This document shows, in pieces, positions 18,818-29,710 of a stretch of 64,000 nucleotides of DNA; position 1 is the first letter of the stretch, and each line of letters begins with the position of its first letter. Origin of the DNA: an uncultured Verrucomicrobiae bacterium (GTDB lineage: Bacteria; Verrucomicrobiota; Verrucomicrobiia; Chthoniobacterales; UBA10450); contig CAVYXA010000006.1 of assembly GCA_963772365.1 (NCBI GenBank), positions 32,001 through 96,000 of the forward strand, read 5' to 3'. Below the pieces are notes generated by a model. The model made no database searches, was not told the origin of the DNA, and saw nothing but the letters and a program-made list of their open reading frames with translations. A program made the translations under genes and the position numbers.

Positions 18818-21800
18818 TCAGCTACTCTTTGCCGGATTACGGTTTGGAAAAGGCGGGATCGGCGGCAGCTCGTACTTTTTAGTCTTTAGCTCTTCCTGGA
18901 GCTCTTGGATCGCTCGATCGAGCTGTTGATCTTCTCCGTGAAATTCTTTGGCCGGGTCGTTGTCTACATAGATGTCGGGATCGACGCCGTGACTCTCGAT
19001 GATCCAGCCTTTGCCATCCTTTGAATAAGGCGCGAACTCCGGCTTGAAAAGTTGTCCTCCATCGATCAACGGAAGCGGATCACGAATGCCGATCACGCCG
19101 CCCCAGGTGCGCTTGCCAATCAGCTTGCCCAATCCCAGCGTCTTGAAGCGGTATGGAAAGATATCGCCATCCGACGCCGAGAACTCGTTCATCAATGTAA
19201 CCATTGGCCCGAGGAAAGTCTGCGGCGGATTGGTTTGCGGCACGCCGTTGCGAAACATCTCGACCATGACGAGCGCGCGGCGGAGGCGCTCGATTACAAG
19301 AGGCGAGACAAAGCCGCCCCCATTGCCACGAACATCGACAATGAGCGCCTTCTTTCGAATCTGCGGGAAGTAGCGTTTCGTGAATTCATTCAGCCCGGGC
19401 TGACCCATATCAGGAATATGGACATATCCAGCTTCGCCGTTCGTTTTCTTGCTGACGTACTCGATGTTGTGCTGGACCCAGGCGAGATAATAAAGCGGCG
19501 ACTCATCCGCCGTCGGCACAACCGTGATGTCGCGTGCGCCTTGATCGTTAGGTTTGGAATTGGTCCGGAGGATGACTTGTTTGTCGGCTGTGCCAATGAG
19601 CGCGTCGTAGATATTGGGCAAAGTCGATACAGGTGTGCCATTAACAGCGAGAATATAATCGCCTGGCTTGACGTTTAGACCGATGGCAGTCAGCGGCGAG
19701 CGCGTTTCTTTATCCCAATTCTCACCCGGCAAAATGCGATCGACGCGATAGGCGCGACTGGCCGGATCGCGCGAGAGTTCCGCACCGAGGAGTCCAAGTT
19801 TGACCCGAGGTGTCTCCGGGCGCTCGCCGCCGGAAACGTAAGCGTGGCCATTATTCAATTCGCCAATCAGCTCACCGATGATGTAAGTGAGATCGTTGCG
19901 GTGATTCACATACGGTAGAAGAGCCGCGTATTTGTCGCGCATGGCCTTCCAATCGATGCCGTTCATGGTTGGCGAATAGAAAAAGTCGCGCATCTGGCGC
20001 CAGGCTTCGTAGTAGATTTGTTTCCACTCGGCGCGGCGATCGGCGATTTCGTCGAGATCTTTCAGTTCCAGTTTGTGATCTTTTGTCTCGAGTTTTTCTT
20101 TCGGCAGATCGATGATCGCATAGTCCTTGTCGATCTTCACCAGCATCTTCTTGCCGTCGAAGCTGATTTGGTAGGCATTCACATCGCCAAGCACCGTCTC
20201 CTTGCGATCTTCGAGGCTGTAAAAACAAAGACGCCATTTCTGTTTATCCGGGTCCTGATTCTCCTCGTCTTCGCCGGCAGTATCGCCAACTGTTCTCCGC
20301 AGATAGAAAACGCGATCATCGACCAGGCGCAGGTCTTTGTAGTTCGCCGGTGTGATGTCGAGGCCAACGATCCGGTTTTGAATGCCGTCCAAGTCCACCT
20401 TTACTGTGATCGGTTTCTTCTCCTTCTCGCCCTTCTTCTCCTCTTCTTTGTCGCTCTTCTCTTTTTCTTTCTTTTCCGCTTTGCCGACTTCGTCGCTGCG
20501 CGGGCCGAGCGGCGATTCGGTTTCCTTCGAGAGCGTCACGAGGTAAACGCGCTGCATGTCGAGGTAAATATTCTCAAATTCCTCTTCGCCGAAGGTCGGC
20601 TTGAAATCGCGACTCGATGAGAGCATCAAATATTTGCCGTCATTGCTGAAGGAAACACGGCCTGAGGCATACCATTCGTCCGTCACCGGCACTGCTTTTT
20701 TGCTGGCTACCGAATAGAGATAAACCTTGGGCTGTTCATTTTCCTCCGGTTGTCCCCAGGCGATCCAGTGACTGTCAGGCGACCAATCGTACGACTCGAT
20801 TTCGCCATTCTTGTCCTGGGCCACTTCGGTAACGGCTTTGCTTGTCACATCGGCATATCGCAAGCGCTGCCTGCGATCGCTCCAGAGCAGCTTCTTGCTA
20901 TCGGGCGACCAGACCGGTTGGTAATAATAGGTGTCAGCTGCCTTCGTTATCTGTTGCGGCTCGCCTTTCCCGTCCTGGGATCGAACATACAATTCGTTTT
21001 CGCCGCTCTCGTCGGAATTGTAGGCAATCCATTTGCCGTCAGGCGACCAAACGGCGTCACGCTCGTGCGCATTGGAAGTTTTCGTTAAAGCACGAGCGTT
21101 GCCGTGCTTGGCCGGTACTGAGAAGAGATCGCCCCGCGCCACGACAATGACGCGCTCGCCATCGGGCGAGAGATTCACCGATTCGACGTGCTTCGAAGCA
21201 TCGAGATACTGCGCGCGGCCGGAAGCGAAATCTTCCCTGATGTCGATCGGCAACGGCGTGGCTTGTCCAGTCGCCAGATCGTACCGCCAGATGTAACCGG
21301 CTTGTTCAAACATGATGGCGTCCTTGCCAATCGTAGGAAACTTGATATCGAAGTCCTTAAACTGCGTCAGCTGTTTGGTTTCCTTGGTGTTGCGATCGAT
21401 CGAGAAAAGATTCATGCGGACGTCTCGATCGGAGAGGAAATAGACTTTGTTGTCCGGTCCCCACATTGGACAAATATCTTGCGCGTCGGGATTGTTCGTA
21501 AGGTTTTCGGTTTGCTCCGTCTTGAAATCGTAGATCCAGACGTCGTCTACCATTCCGCCGCGGTAATGTTTCCAGGTGCGAAACTCGCGAAACACGCGAT
21601 TGAAAGCCATCTGGGAGTCATCGGGCGAAAAGGAAACAAAACCGCCGCGCGGGACCGGCAATTGTTTAGGCAAATCCGCATCCATCGCGACGGTCTCGAG
21701 ATCGCCGATGAAGGAGTTGAACGAGGTGCGGCGGGAACGAAAGACGACCAGAGGCTTGGTATTCTCCCAGCCCATGACGATATTGTTAGGGCCCATTCGA

Positions 21801-22168
21801 TCCGAAATATCATCGCGGCTCAGAGTCGCCGTTGTGGTTAGCCGCTTCGGCTGACCGCCTTCAGCCGGCATGACGTAAACTTCAGTATTACCATCGTATT
21901 GCGAAGTAAAGGCGATCTGTTTTCCGTCCGGGGAAAAATGGGGAAACGAACTGAACCCGGGACCGCTCGTCAGCCGCCGAGCTGTTCCTCCGTTCTTATC
22001 AACCGTATAAACTTGTCCGGAGTAGCAGAAGACGATCTGATCACCGTTTGTCGTTGGGAAACGCAACAGCCGCGTGGTGTCGGGTAACTTTTGTGCCGAA
22101 GAAATTCGGACCGAGCTAAGGTCCAGGGCGACCGTACAGACGAGAAAAAAGAGATGAACAATTTTCAT
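18818..22168 (-). CDS. Tricorn-type S41 protease (beta-propellers, PDZ, catalytic domain)
   Basis: PD40-like repeats, PDZ region, DVRGNGGG, SASDGD, GKRTWGG, GVDPDI. Confidence 0.95.
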   Translation of the reverse strand: MKIVHLFFLVCTVALDLSSVRISSAQKLPDTTRLLRFPTTNGDQIVFCYSGQVYTVDKNGGTARRLTSGPGFSSFPHFSPDGKQIAFTSQYDGNTEVYVMPAEGGQPKRLTTTATLSRDDISDRMGPNNIVMGWENTKPLVVFRSRRTSFNSFIGDLETVAMDADLPKQLPVPRGGFVSFSPDDSQMAFNRVFREFRTWKHYRGGMVDDVWIYDFKTEQTENLTNNPDAQDICPMWGPDNKVYFLSDRDVRMNLFSIDRNTKETKQLTQFKDFDIKFPTIGKDAIMFEQAGYIWRYDLATGQATPLPIDIREDFASGRAQYLDASKHVESVNLSPDGERVIVVARGDLFSVPAKHGNARALTKTSNAHERDAVWSPDGKWIAYNSDESGENELYVRSQDGKGEPQQITKAADTYYYQPVWSPDSKKLLWSDRRQRLRYADVTSKAVTEVAQDKNGEIESYDWSPDSHWIAWGQPEENEQPKVYLYSVASKKAVPVTDEWYASGRVSFSNDGKYLMLSSSRDFKPTFGEEEFENIYLDMQRVYLVTLSKETESPLGPRSDEVGKAEKKEKEKSDKEEEKKGEKEKKPITVKVDLDGIQNRIVGLDITPANYKDLRLVDDRVFYLRRTVGDTAGEDEENQDPDKQKWRLCFYSLEDRKETVLGDVNAYQISFDGKKMLVKIDKDYAIIDLPKEKLETKDHKLELKDLDEIADRRAEWKQIYYEAWRQMRDFFYSPTMNGIDWKAMRDKYAALLPYVNHRNDLTYIIGELIGELNNGHAYVSGGERPETPRVKLGLLGAELSRDPASRAYRVDRILPGENWDKETRSPLTAIGLNVKPGDYILAVNGTPVSTLPNIYDALIGTADKQVILRTNSKPNDQGARDITVVPTADESPLYYLAWVQHNIEYVSKKTNGEAGYVHIPDMGQPGLNEFTKRYFPQIRKKALIVDVRGNGGGFVSPLVIERLRRALVMVEMFRNGVPQTNPPQTFLGPMVTLMNEFSASDGDIFPYRFKTLGLGKLIGKRTWGGVIGIRDPLPLIDGGQLFKPEFAPYSKDGKGWIIESHGVDPDIYVDNDPAKEFHGEDQQLDRAIQELQEELKTKKYELPPIPPFPNRNPAKSS

Positions 22169-22254
22169 GGACAAAGGTTGAGCTCAGGAAGCTGGCGTTG
22201 AAAAAGTGGGATGCAACTCCCATTTCGAAGGACGCCGCCGACCAACGGTTTTGT

Positions 22255-22668
22255 CTATAGCGGAGTTTTTCGCGCACGATGCCACGGCGCCTTCAGTTTC
22301 CAGACGAGCAGCATGTTTTTCTTGCGCAATCTGCAGTCATCCTGAATCAGAGTGAGCTGGAGCGTATCGTGTACTCGAGCGAATCGGTAGATGCCTTTGC
22401 CATCACAGCCTTTCGGCCTTAGGCCGCTGGTAATTTTTAAGATCAGCTTGTCTCCGATAAGATCGTATTTTCCCCCGACATCCCGCCTTCCGTTCTGCGT
22501 AAGATCGACATCAAATGTGCCATTCGGTTTGATCGTCCAGACGGCTCCGAGCGAATTTCTCCATGTCCCAACAAGGACATTCTCCCGGTTTTCGGGAAAA
22601 AACAGGCCACAGCTGGAAAAAAGTAACATGGCAATGGCCATGACGGCACCGCGAAAGAACCACCGCAT
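22255..22668 (-). CDS. Hypothetical lipoprotein
   Basis: Lipobox-like LFSSC; LVGTW beta-rich domain. Confidence 0.6.
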   Translation of the reverse strand: MRWFFRGAVMAIAMLLFSSCGLFFPENRENVLVGTWRNSLGAVWTIKPNGTFDVDLTQNGRRDVGGKYDLIGDKLILKITSGLRPKGCDGKGIYRFARVHDTLQLTLIQDDCRLRKKNMLLVWKLKAPWHRARKTPL

Positions 22669-22879
22669 TTTCACCTGCCTAAACTGAAAAGTTTCCAAGG
22701 GCCGGTCAAGAGCGGAGCACACTGGAAAGCTAATCAAACATCAACCGGTGCTCGCGCTAGCCGGGCCCGGCCCATTCGCGTCGGACACAGATCTGCATCT
22801 TGTCTGTGGTGCGGCGGTGCTCAATGCGGCAACTCCATTGGCATCAGTCATCGACGACATTGATGCGAGCCGGGTTAGC

Positions 22880-24067
22880 TCAACGATTTATATCGCCGGC
22901 TTCCAGCATTCGGACGCGCTTGTCGATGTATGGCAATCGGATTGTGAGAATAAGGCCTTTGCCTTGGTTGCTTTCGATGGCGAGTTCGCCGCCGTGTTCG
23001 CGCACGATCCGCCGCACAATCAATAGACCTAAGCCGGTGCCCGAAGCTTTCGTTGTGAAATAAGGCTCAAAGACCCGGCTGAGATTTTCGGGCGACATCC
23101 CGCCGCCAGTATCTGTGAAAGTGACGAGGACGTGGGTTTCATCCCGATCGGTCCGAATCCGCAAGACACCGTGGCGTTTCATCGCTTCGAAACTGTTCTT
23201 GATTACATTAAAAAACGCCTGCTTCATCTGGTCGCGATCGATTTGAAGCCACGGCAAATCCGAGCGCAGTTCCTGTTCGACCACGATTTCGCGGTCTTTG
23301 ATCTCAGGAGCAAAAAAACGAACTGCTTCTTCGACAATTGTATTCACATTTTCCGCCTGGAATTGCGGTTTGGACGGACGAATCGCGCGCAGGAATTGCG
23401 TCACGATCGAATCCAGCCGGCTGACTTCGGATCGCGCGATAGCAATTGATTCCTGAAGCTCCGGCTGCGTTGCACTGTCGAGTTTACGGGCCTGTCGTTC
23501 CATTAATTGCAAATGAATGTCCAGCGAGTTGAGGGGATTCCCAATTTCGTGGGCCACGCCTGCAGCGAGCAGGGTCAATGCATTCAATCGTTCGGATTCG
23601 AGCGTCTGTTGCGCCGATCGTCGGCCTTCTGTGATGTCGCGCAAGATCATCGCGTGACCGACCTGATCGCCTGCGATGTCGATACTGTCGGCCGTTTCAC
23701 GCCGCTCAATGACCAGCGGCACGACGTAGAAGTTGATAAAGCGATTGGCAGGATAAAAAATCTCCGTGTCGCGACTCATGGCTGCGCCGCTCTTGGTGAG
23801 AGACGACCAATCCAGACCGCGCACCCGTTCATCCAGCCGTTTCCCGATCGCGTCCTCGGCATTTAGACCGAAAATCTCACAGGCGGCATGGTTGAGATAA
23901 TTGATCCGACCCTTTGAATCCGTCACAATGATTCCCTCCTGAATGGCATTGAAGATTGTCTCCAGGAATCCTTTCTCCTGGGCCAGACGGATCAGGTAAT
24001 TCTGGACTTCCTCGGGGCCGACACGGCCGAGGCGTTCGATTAATTTCTCGAGAAAACCAGCCTTCAT
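22880..24067 (-). CDS. PAS-domain cytoplasmic sensor histidine kinase (NtrB-like)
   Basis: PAS region, H-box AHEIGNPL, N box, DTGGG, FEPYFTTK, GTGLGL. Confidence 0.93.
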   Translation of the reverse strand: MKAGFLEKLIERLGRVGPEEVQNYLIRLAQEKGFLETIFNAIQEGIIVTDSKGRINYLNHAACEIFGLNAEDAIGKRLDERVRGLDWSSLTKSGAAMSRDTEIFYPANRFINFYVVPLVIERRETADSIDIAGDQVGHAMILRDITEGRRSAQQTLESERLNALTLLAAGVAHEIGNPLNSLDIHLQLMERQARKLDSATQPELQESIAIARSEVSRLDSIVTQFLRAIRPSKPQFQAENVNTIVEEAVRFFAPEIKDREIVVEQELRSDLPWLQIDRDQMKQAFFNVIKNSFEAMKRHGVLRIRTDRDETHVLVTFTDTGGGMSPENLSRVFEPYFTTKASGTGLGLLIVRRIVREHGGELAIESNQGKGLILTIRLPYIDKRVRMLEAGDINR

Positions 24068-24184
24068 TGCTTGTGTTCCCTTTAACTTCGCTTGCGGCGA
24101 AGCTTGTCAACCAGTCTATCGAGTTCCGACGAATTCGTTGGTTGTCGCGAAATTCCTGCTAGAATCTCCATCGGAGGATCGAAT

Positions 24185-24718
24185 ATGAACAAAATATTCT
24201 TATCAGCGATTGTCAGTGTGATTACATTGCCATTGATGCAGGCCGCCGAGATGCAAAAACAACCGGAAGCGGGACAACCGGCGCCCGATTTTCAATTGAC
24301 GGCCGGCGATGGGTCTCACGTGAGTTTGAAAGATTATCGGGGGAAATGGGTGGTGCTCTATTTTTATCCAAAGGATTTCACCAGCGGTTGCACGCTTGAG
24401 GCCAGGAATTTTCAGCGCGACCTGTCGAAGTACGAACAAACCGGCGCGGCCATTCTCGGCGTAAGCGTGGATACGGCAGAATCGCACAAGGATTTCTGCG
24501 CAAAGGAAGGATTGAATTTCAAACTGCTGGCCGATCCCGATGCTCAGGTTTCAACCGAGTATGGATCGGTGATGGATTACAAGGGCAGCAAGCTGGCCGC
24601 GCGGAATACATTCCTGATCAATCCGGATGGAAAGATCGCGAAAGTTTATACCGGCGTGAAACCAGCCGAACATAGCGAGCAGGTTTTGAAAGATCTGGCT
24701 GCTCTCAAGAAAAGCTGA
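24185..24718 (+). CDS. Peroxiredoxin BCP/PrxQ with signal peptide
   Basis: YFYPKDFTSGCTLEA; GGAGG RBS; hydrophobic N-terminus. Confidence 0.9.
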   Translation: MNKIFLSAIVSVITLPLMQAAEMQKQPEAGQPAPDFQLTAGDGSHVSLKDYRGKWVVLYFYPKDFTSGCTLEARNFQRDLSKYEQTGAAILGVSVDTAESHKDFCAKEGLNFKLLADPDAQVSTEYGSVMDYKGSKLAARNTFLINPDGKIAKVYTGVKPAEHSEQVLKDLAALKKS

Positions 24719-24734
24719 GCGATCGTCTAAGATT

Positions 24735-25820
24735 TCACGCCAAAGCGAGATTCGGATCGATTTCGTCAGTCACCTTGGATCTGAATCCGGCCCTTAAACG
24801 CAACAGCGCTGCAAACGCAATCATCGCGGCATTGTCAGTGCACAGCCACGAGGCGGCAGCTTTGAATTCAAGCCCGAGCCGGGCGCATTCTTCCTCCAAT
24901 CTATTCCGTAGATTCTGATTGCAGCTGACTCCACCGCTGACAGTCACAAGGTCGACATGGTATTTCCGCGCGGCTGCAATTGTTTTGCGCACGAGCACAT
25001 CTACCACAGCCGCTTGGAACGATGCGCAAACATCATTCAAAACATTGTTTCGAGCGAAGTCGATTTTCGGTAACAAATAACGGACCGCCGTCTTTAAACC
25101 GCTGAAGCTGAAATTCTCCGAGTCAGGCATGCTTCGCGGTAAATCAAAACGCGCGGGGTCACCGTTGCGGGCATGCCGTTCGATCTCCGGACCACCGGGA
25201 TAGCCGAGCCCGAGCAGTTTCGCGACTTTGTCGAATGCCTCGCCGGCGGCATCATCCACAGTTCGGCCGATCAAACGATAATTGCTCAGCCCACGCACGA
25301 GGATCGACATGGTATGTCCACCACTTACGATCAGAGAAACGTGCAGTGGAATGTGCTCCAGAGTTTTTGGGACATCACAATCACCGGCGTTTCGCGTCCG
25401 CCTCTCCCTCACGGGGGGAGGTGCACTCGCCGAGGCGAGGCGGTGAGGCCTATCTTCCACAAAAAAAGGTGAAAGCAAATGACCTTCGAGATGGTTGATC
25501 GCGAGAAACGGTTTCCCAAAGCCGACCGCGAGACCTTTCGCGATCGAGGCGCCGATCATCAATGAGCTGGCCAGCCCGGGTCCGCTTGTGGCGGCGAAAG
25601 CATCGATATTCGCGATGTCGATCTTAGCCGCCTGCGTTGCGCGTTCCAGTAACCGAGGCGCATGAACAAGATGATTCCGCGAAGCAATTTCCGGCACGAT
25701 GCCACCGTATTTTTCGTGGGTGTGAATTTGTGAAGCCACTTCGCTAGCCAGCAACTCGCGTTCACGTAGGATTGCTACGGCTGTTTCGTCGCACGATGTT
25801 TCTATAGCCAGTATCGTCAC
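24735..25820 (-). CDS. tsaD: tRNA t6A threonylcarbamoyltransferase TsaD
   Basis: ILAIETSCDET, HLEGH, VSGGHT, DDAAGEAFDK, FSFSGLKT, CTDNAAMIA. Confidence 0.97.
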   Translation of the reverse strand: MTILAIETSCDETAVAILRERELLASEVASQIHTHEKYGGIVPEIASRNHLVHAPRLLERATQAAKIDIANIDAFAATSGPGLASSLMIGASIAKGLAVGFGKPFLAINHLEGHLLSPFFVEDRPHRLASASAPPPVRERRTRNAGDCDVPKTLEHIPLHVSLIVSGGHTMSILVRGLSNYRLIGRTVDDAAGEAFDKVAKLLGLGYPGGPEIERHARNGDPARFDLPRSMPDSENFSFSGLKTAVRYLLPKIDFARNNVLNDVCASFQAAVVDVLVRKTIAAARKYHVDLVTVSGGVSCNQNLRNRLEEECARLGLEFKAAASWLCTDNAAMIAFAALLRLRAGFRSKVTDEIDPNLALA

Positions 25821-25899
25821 AATGAAATTGTAGGGCAGACGCGTCGTCTGCCAATCGAAGCCTTCCGAAACGGTTGCGGTAGCACGCAACCTTCGCGGA

Positions 25900-27195
25900 T
25901 TACTTCTTTACTGGCTCAGTGATTGGATTGGTTTGCTGGGCGTAAATCATAACGCCCTTGAGAGCATCGATAGCGCGCATCATCTGCGGATCCTTTGATC
26001 GAATGAAATTCTTGTCCTGCTCTGGATTCGCATTTCCGACGGCTCGGAAAGTCGCAAGCGCCCGGGCCTGTTCTGCCGTCATCGGCACTCGAATGTTCGG
26101 CGTCACTCCCTTGCCATGAATGACCTGTTTGCTCGGCGTATAGTATTTCGCCGTTGTGATCCGCAATGCGGATCCATCCGGCAGCTGAAGAACATTCTGG
26201 ACCGATCCTTTGCCGAAAGTCGTCTCTCCCACAAGTACCGCCCGGTTCAAATCCTTTAGGGCACCGGCCACAATCTCCGCCCCACTGGCGCTGCCTTCAT
26301 TAATCAAAACAGCCAATGGAAATCGCGGTCGCCGCCGTGTAGTGCTCGACGTGGCGTACTCACGTTGCTGGGACGCAACACGTCCCTGGGTGGAAACGAC
26401 GTTTGTGTTTGGAGGCAGAAATTCTCCGCATACATCCACGGCGCTGTTCAATAACCCGCCGGGATTATTTCGAAGATCGAGAATCAACGCCTGCATTCCT
26501 TGTTTCTGCAAATTGTCCAGAGCCTTCGACAGTTCGTCCGCGGTCGGCTCGTTGAATTGGATCAGGCGGACGTACCCGATCTTAAATGGACCGGTTAAAT
26601 CGGAATCCAGCACTTGTGCCGCTTTGACGCTTTGCACCTTAATCTCCGTCCGTTCGAGAGTGTATTCTTTGATCTCTTTGGTGGATGGTCGAAGCAGCGT
26701 AAGACTTACCTTCCGTCCGGGCGGTCCCCGTAGAACAGTGACCACGTCTTGCAGCTCCATTTTTTCGGTGGAGTTGCCGGCTATTTTGAGGATCTGATCG
26801 CCCGAGACGATGCCAGCCTTCGCGGCGGGCGTATCCTCCATTGCACTAACCACGGTGGGCAGTCCGTTCTTCATCGTCACCTCGATGCCCAGACCGTTGA
26901 ACCGGCTGCGGGTATCATCCTGCATGTCCCGGAAATCGTTCGGATCCATGAACTGGCTATGGGGATCGAGCGAGGAAAGCATTCCTTTCATCGCAGCTGC
27001 AATGAGATCGTGATAGTCGGTCTTGCTGCCATCGACGTAATCCTGCCGGATTACTTGAAGCGCCTTTGCGAAAATCGAGATTTGCGAGTAACCGTTGTCT
27101 TCTTCCTCGCCTGCCGCCATGGCGTTTGTCAAACCGCCAGGCATGACAAGGAAAGAAGAGAGGCCAATTAACGCGATCAGAAGGTTCCGTCTCAT
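25900..27195 (-). CDS. Carboxyl-terminal processing protease (S41A, CtpA/Prc-type)
   Basis: LDPHS, GLGI PDZ motif, DLRNNPGG, SASGAEI, TFGKGSVQ. Confidence 0.95.
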   Translation of the reverse strand: MRRNLLIALIGLSSFLVMPGGLTNAMAAGEEEDNGYSQISIFAKALQVIRQDYVDGSKTDYHDLIAAAMKGMLSSLDPHSQFMDPNDFRDMQDDTRSRFNGLGIEVTMKNGLPTVVSAMEDTPAAKAGIVSGDQILKIAGNSTEKMELQDVVTVLRGPPGRKVSLTLLRPSTKEIKEYTLERTEIKVQSVKAAQVLDSDLTGPFKIGYVRLIQFNEPTADELSKALDNLQKQGMQALILDLRNNPGGLLNSAVDVCGEFLPPNTNVVSTQGRVASQQREYATSSTTRRRPRFPLAVLINEGSASGAEIVAGALKDLNRAVLVGETTFGKGSVQNVLQLPDGSALRITTAKYYTPSKQVIHGKGVTPNIRVPMTAEQARALATFRAVGNANPEQDKNFIRSKDPQMMRAIDALKGVMIYAQQTNPITEPVKK

Positions 27196-27301
27196 GTTAT
27201 GAAGAAATCGCCCTTATCATCGCGCATGCGGAAATCTTTCGCAACGCGGCTGGCCGATCTCGCTCATTCGCGCAACCGAGATAGAGTCCCCGACCTGTGA
27301 C

Positions 27302-29068
27302 ATGAAATTTTCTTTGCGCCTCATTTTCCTGCTTCCGGTTTTTCTGTCGGCCACGGCCGGGATGGCGGTGCAAACGGCTGACGACGACTATGAAAATGTC
27401 GCTGAGGAGTACATCAAAGGTTATTTTGCCGCGCGACCGCTCGAAGGCACCGCTCTCGGTCTGCACGAATACGACGGAAAAATCACCGATTATGACCGGC
27501 TCGCTCTCGATGCGGAACTGTCGCGGCTCCATCGGTTCGACGATCGCTTGAGCAGGTTCGATCTCGACAAGTTGAGCGCTCGGCACGCCATCGACCTGCG
27601 CATTCTTCAAGCGGCCATCCGAGGGGAACTCTTCCGAAGGGAGGCGATGTCGATCTACGAGCGGAACCCGATGGTCTATGCCCGGGCGGCCAATTTGAAT
27701 GTTTTTATCAAAAGGAGCTTTGCGCCGCTCGAAGATCGGGTCCGCAGCATCATCGCAATTGAGCTGCAGGTTCCCAACATCATCATTGCCGCCAAGACGA
27801 ATTTGGACGAGGTCCTTCCGAAGCCCTACGTCGAACTGGCCATTCAAATCGCAAAAGGCAATGCGGATTTTCTAAGGAAAGATCTGGTTGCGGCAGTGGT
27901 GGACGTGAAAGACGAACGCATCAGAAGCGATTTTCAGGAATCGAACCGCAAAGCTGCCGCCGCGCTGGGGGATTATGCCGACTGGTTGCAGCGGGAGCGG
28001 TTGCCCAAAGCCACTCCCGAATTCGCCATCGGCGAAGAGAAATACGCGCGGATGCTAAAAGAAGCCGAACTGGTCGATCTTCCGCCTGACAAAATTCTGG
28101 ACCTTGGCTTGGAGGCGCTGAAGGCGGAGCAGAAACGGTTTGCGGATTCGGCCAAAATTGTCGATCCAACCAAGGCTGCTCCCGAGGTATTCAAGGAGAT
28201 TCAAAAGGAGCATCCAACGGCCGATAACCTGATCCCGAGCATCGCAAAGAATCTCGATCAAATCCGCAAATTTGTAGTCAGCCAAAAGCTGGTCACGATC
28301 CCATCGGATGTGCGGCCCAAGGTGAAGGAGACTCCGAAATTCGCCCGGGCTACGTCATTCGCTTCCATGGATTCGCCGGGACCGTTCGAACGACGCGCCA
28401 CCGAGGCGTATTACTACATAACGCCAGTGGAGAATGATTGGTCCGACAAGCAGAAAGAGCAGTGGCTCACTGCATTTAATGATTACACTTCGGACGTCGT
28501 CTCGATCCACGAAGTGTACCCTGGCCATTACGTGCAATTCTTGCATCTGAATGTTTCGGCGACCACAAAGGTGGAGAAGATCTTTGGCAGTTACGCATTC
28601 ATCGAGGGCTGGGCGCATTACTGCGAGCAAATGATACTCGATGAAGGATTTCCGAGAGCGTCGGGAGCGACGCCTAGCGCTGAGGAGGCAAAGCGCGCTG
28701 CCAAGTATCGCATGGCCCAATCGTCTGAAGCGTTACTGCGTCTTTGCCGCTTATGCGCGTCGATTCAAATGCACGCGAAGAACATGTCGATCGACGAAGC
28801 GACAAAATTCTTTCGGAAAAACTGCTACTACGAGGAGAAACCGGCCCGAGCCGAAGCCATGCGAGGAACATTTGACCCTGGCTACCTCAATTACTCGTTG
28901 GGTAAACTGGAAATCCTCAAATTACGAGAGGATTACAAAGCGCAGCAGGGAAACGAATTCTCGTTGCAGAAGTTTCATAACGAACTGCTCAATCACGGCA
29001 TGCCACCCATTCGCTTGCTCCGAGAGATAATGCTCAAGGACAAAACGAAATGGGACGAGGTGCTGTGA
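27302..29068 (+). CDS. DUF885-family secreted protein
   Basis: HEVYPGHYVQ, EGWAHYCE and Y..GKLEI..LR motifs. Confidence 0.9.
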   Translation: MKFSLRLIFLLPVFLSATAGMAVQTADDDYENVAEEYIKGYFAARPLEGTALGLHEYDGKITDYDRLALDAELSRLHRFDDRLSRFDLDKLSARHAIDLRILQAAIRGELFRREAMSIYERNPMVYARAANLNVFIKRSFAPLEDRVRSIIAIELQVPNIIIAAKTNLDEVLPKPYVELAIQIAKGNADFLRKDLVAAVVDVKDERIRSDFQESNRKAAAALGDYADWLQRERLPKATPEFAIGEEKYARMLKEAELVDLPPDKILDLGLEALKAEQKRFADSAKIVDPTKAAPEVFKEIQKEHPTADNLIPSIAKNLDQIRKFVVSQKLVTIPSDVRPKVKETPKFARATSFASMDSPGPFERRATEAYYYITPVENDWSDKQKEQWLTAFNDYTSDVVSIHEVYPGHYVQFLHLNVSATTKVEKIFGSYAFIEGWAHYCEQMILDEGFPRASGATPSAEEAKRAAKYRMAQSSEALLRLCRLCASIQMHAKNMSIDEATKFFRKNCYYEEKPARAEAMRGTFDPGYLNYSLGKLEILKLREDYKAQQGNEFSLQKFHNELLNHGMPPIRLLREIMLKDKTKWDEVL

Positions 29069-29095
29069 GCCGCGCTTATTTCCGATCAGTCCAAA

Positions 29096-29710
29096 TCAGG
29101 ACGACTTGTATTTGACTGAGCAGCCGTAGGGTCGTGTGGTCGGCTTGCTGATAGGTTTGCCGGCCAACGATTCATCGAGAGCGGCCTTAACGTAATTAGT
29201 CGACGTGGGTATGTCGGCCGGGTTTGGCGTGGCCTTGCTATCAATCGCGCCTTCGTAAACGATTTTTCCTTCCGGATTGATGATGACCATGTCAGGCGTG
29301 TTTTTAGCCCCATAAGCGCGGCCGACTTTGCCTTCGGGATCGAGCAGAAACGCCGTCTGATGCGCATTCCAGCCAGTCACGATTTTTTCGGCTTGCTCCG
29401 CAGTCAGGTTACCCTGGGTTCCGGGGGCGTTGGAATCGACGGTGAGCCAGACAACTCCTTTGGTGGTAAATTCCTTTTGCAGGTTTTGCATGTTGCCGCT
29501 GCCGTAATGTTTCTTCACAAACGGGCATTCCGGATTGAACCATTCCAGCACGACGTATTTGCCCTTGTAATCAGCAAGCGAATGCTTCTGACCTTTGGCG
29601 TCAGACAATGTGAAAGCGGGCGCCGTGCTTCCGACTGGAGGAGCATCGGCAGCTAGGAGAGTTGTGGCGATGAGTGAACTTGCAGTGATGAGGATCGATT
29701 TGGTTTTCAT
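29096..29710 (-). CDS. Secreted thioredoxin-like redoxin
   Basis: EWFNPECPFV, YGAKNTP, YEGAID, PYGCSVKY. Confidence 0.9.
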   Translation of the reverse strand: MKTKSILITASSLIATTLLAADAPPVGSTAPAFTLSDAKGQKHSLADYKGKYVVLEWFNPECPFVKKHYGSGNMQNLQKEFTTKGVVWLTVDSNAPGTQGNLTAEQAEKIVTGWNAHQTAFLLDPEGKVGRAYGAKNTPDMVIINPEGKIVYEGAIDSKATPNPADIPTSTNYVKAALDESLAGKPISKPTTRPYGCSVKYKSS

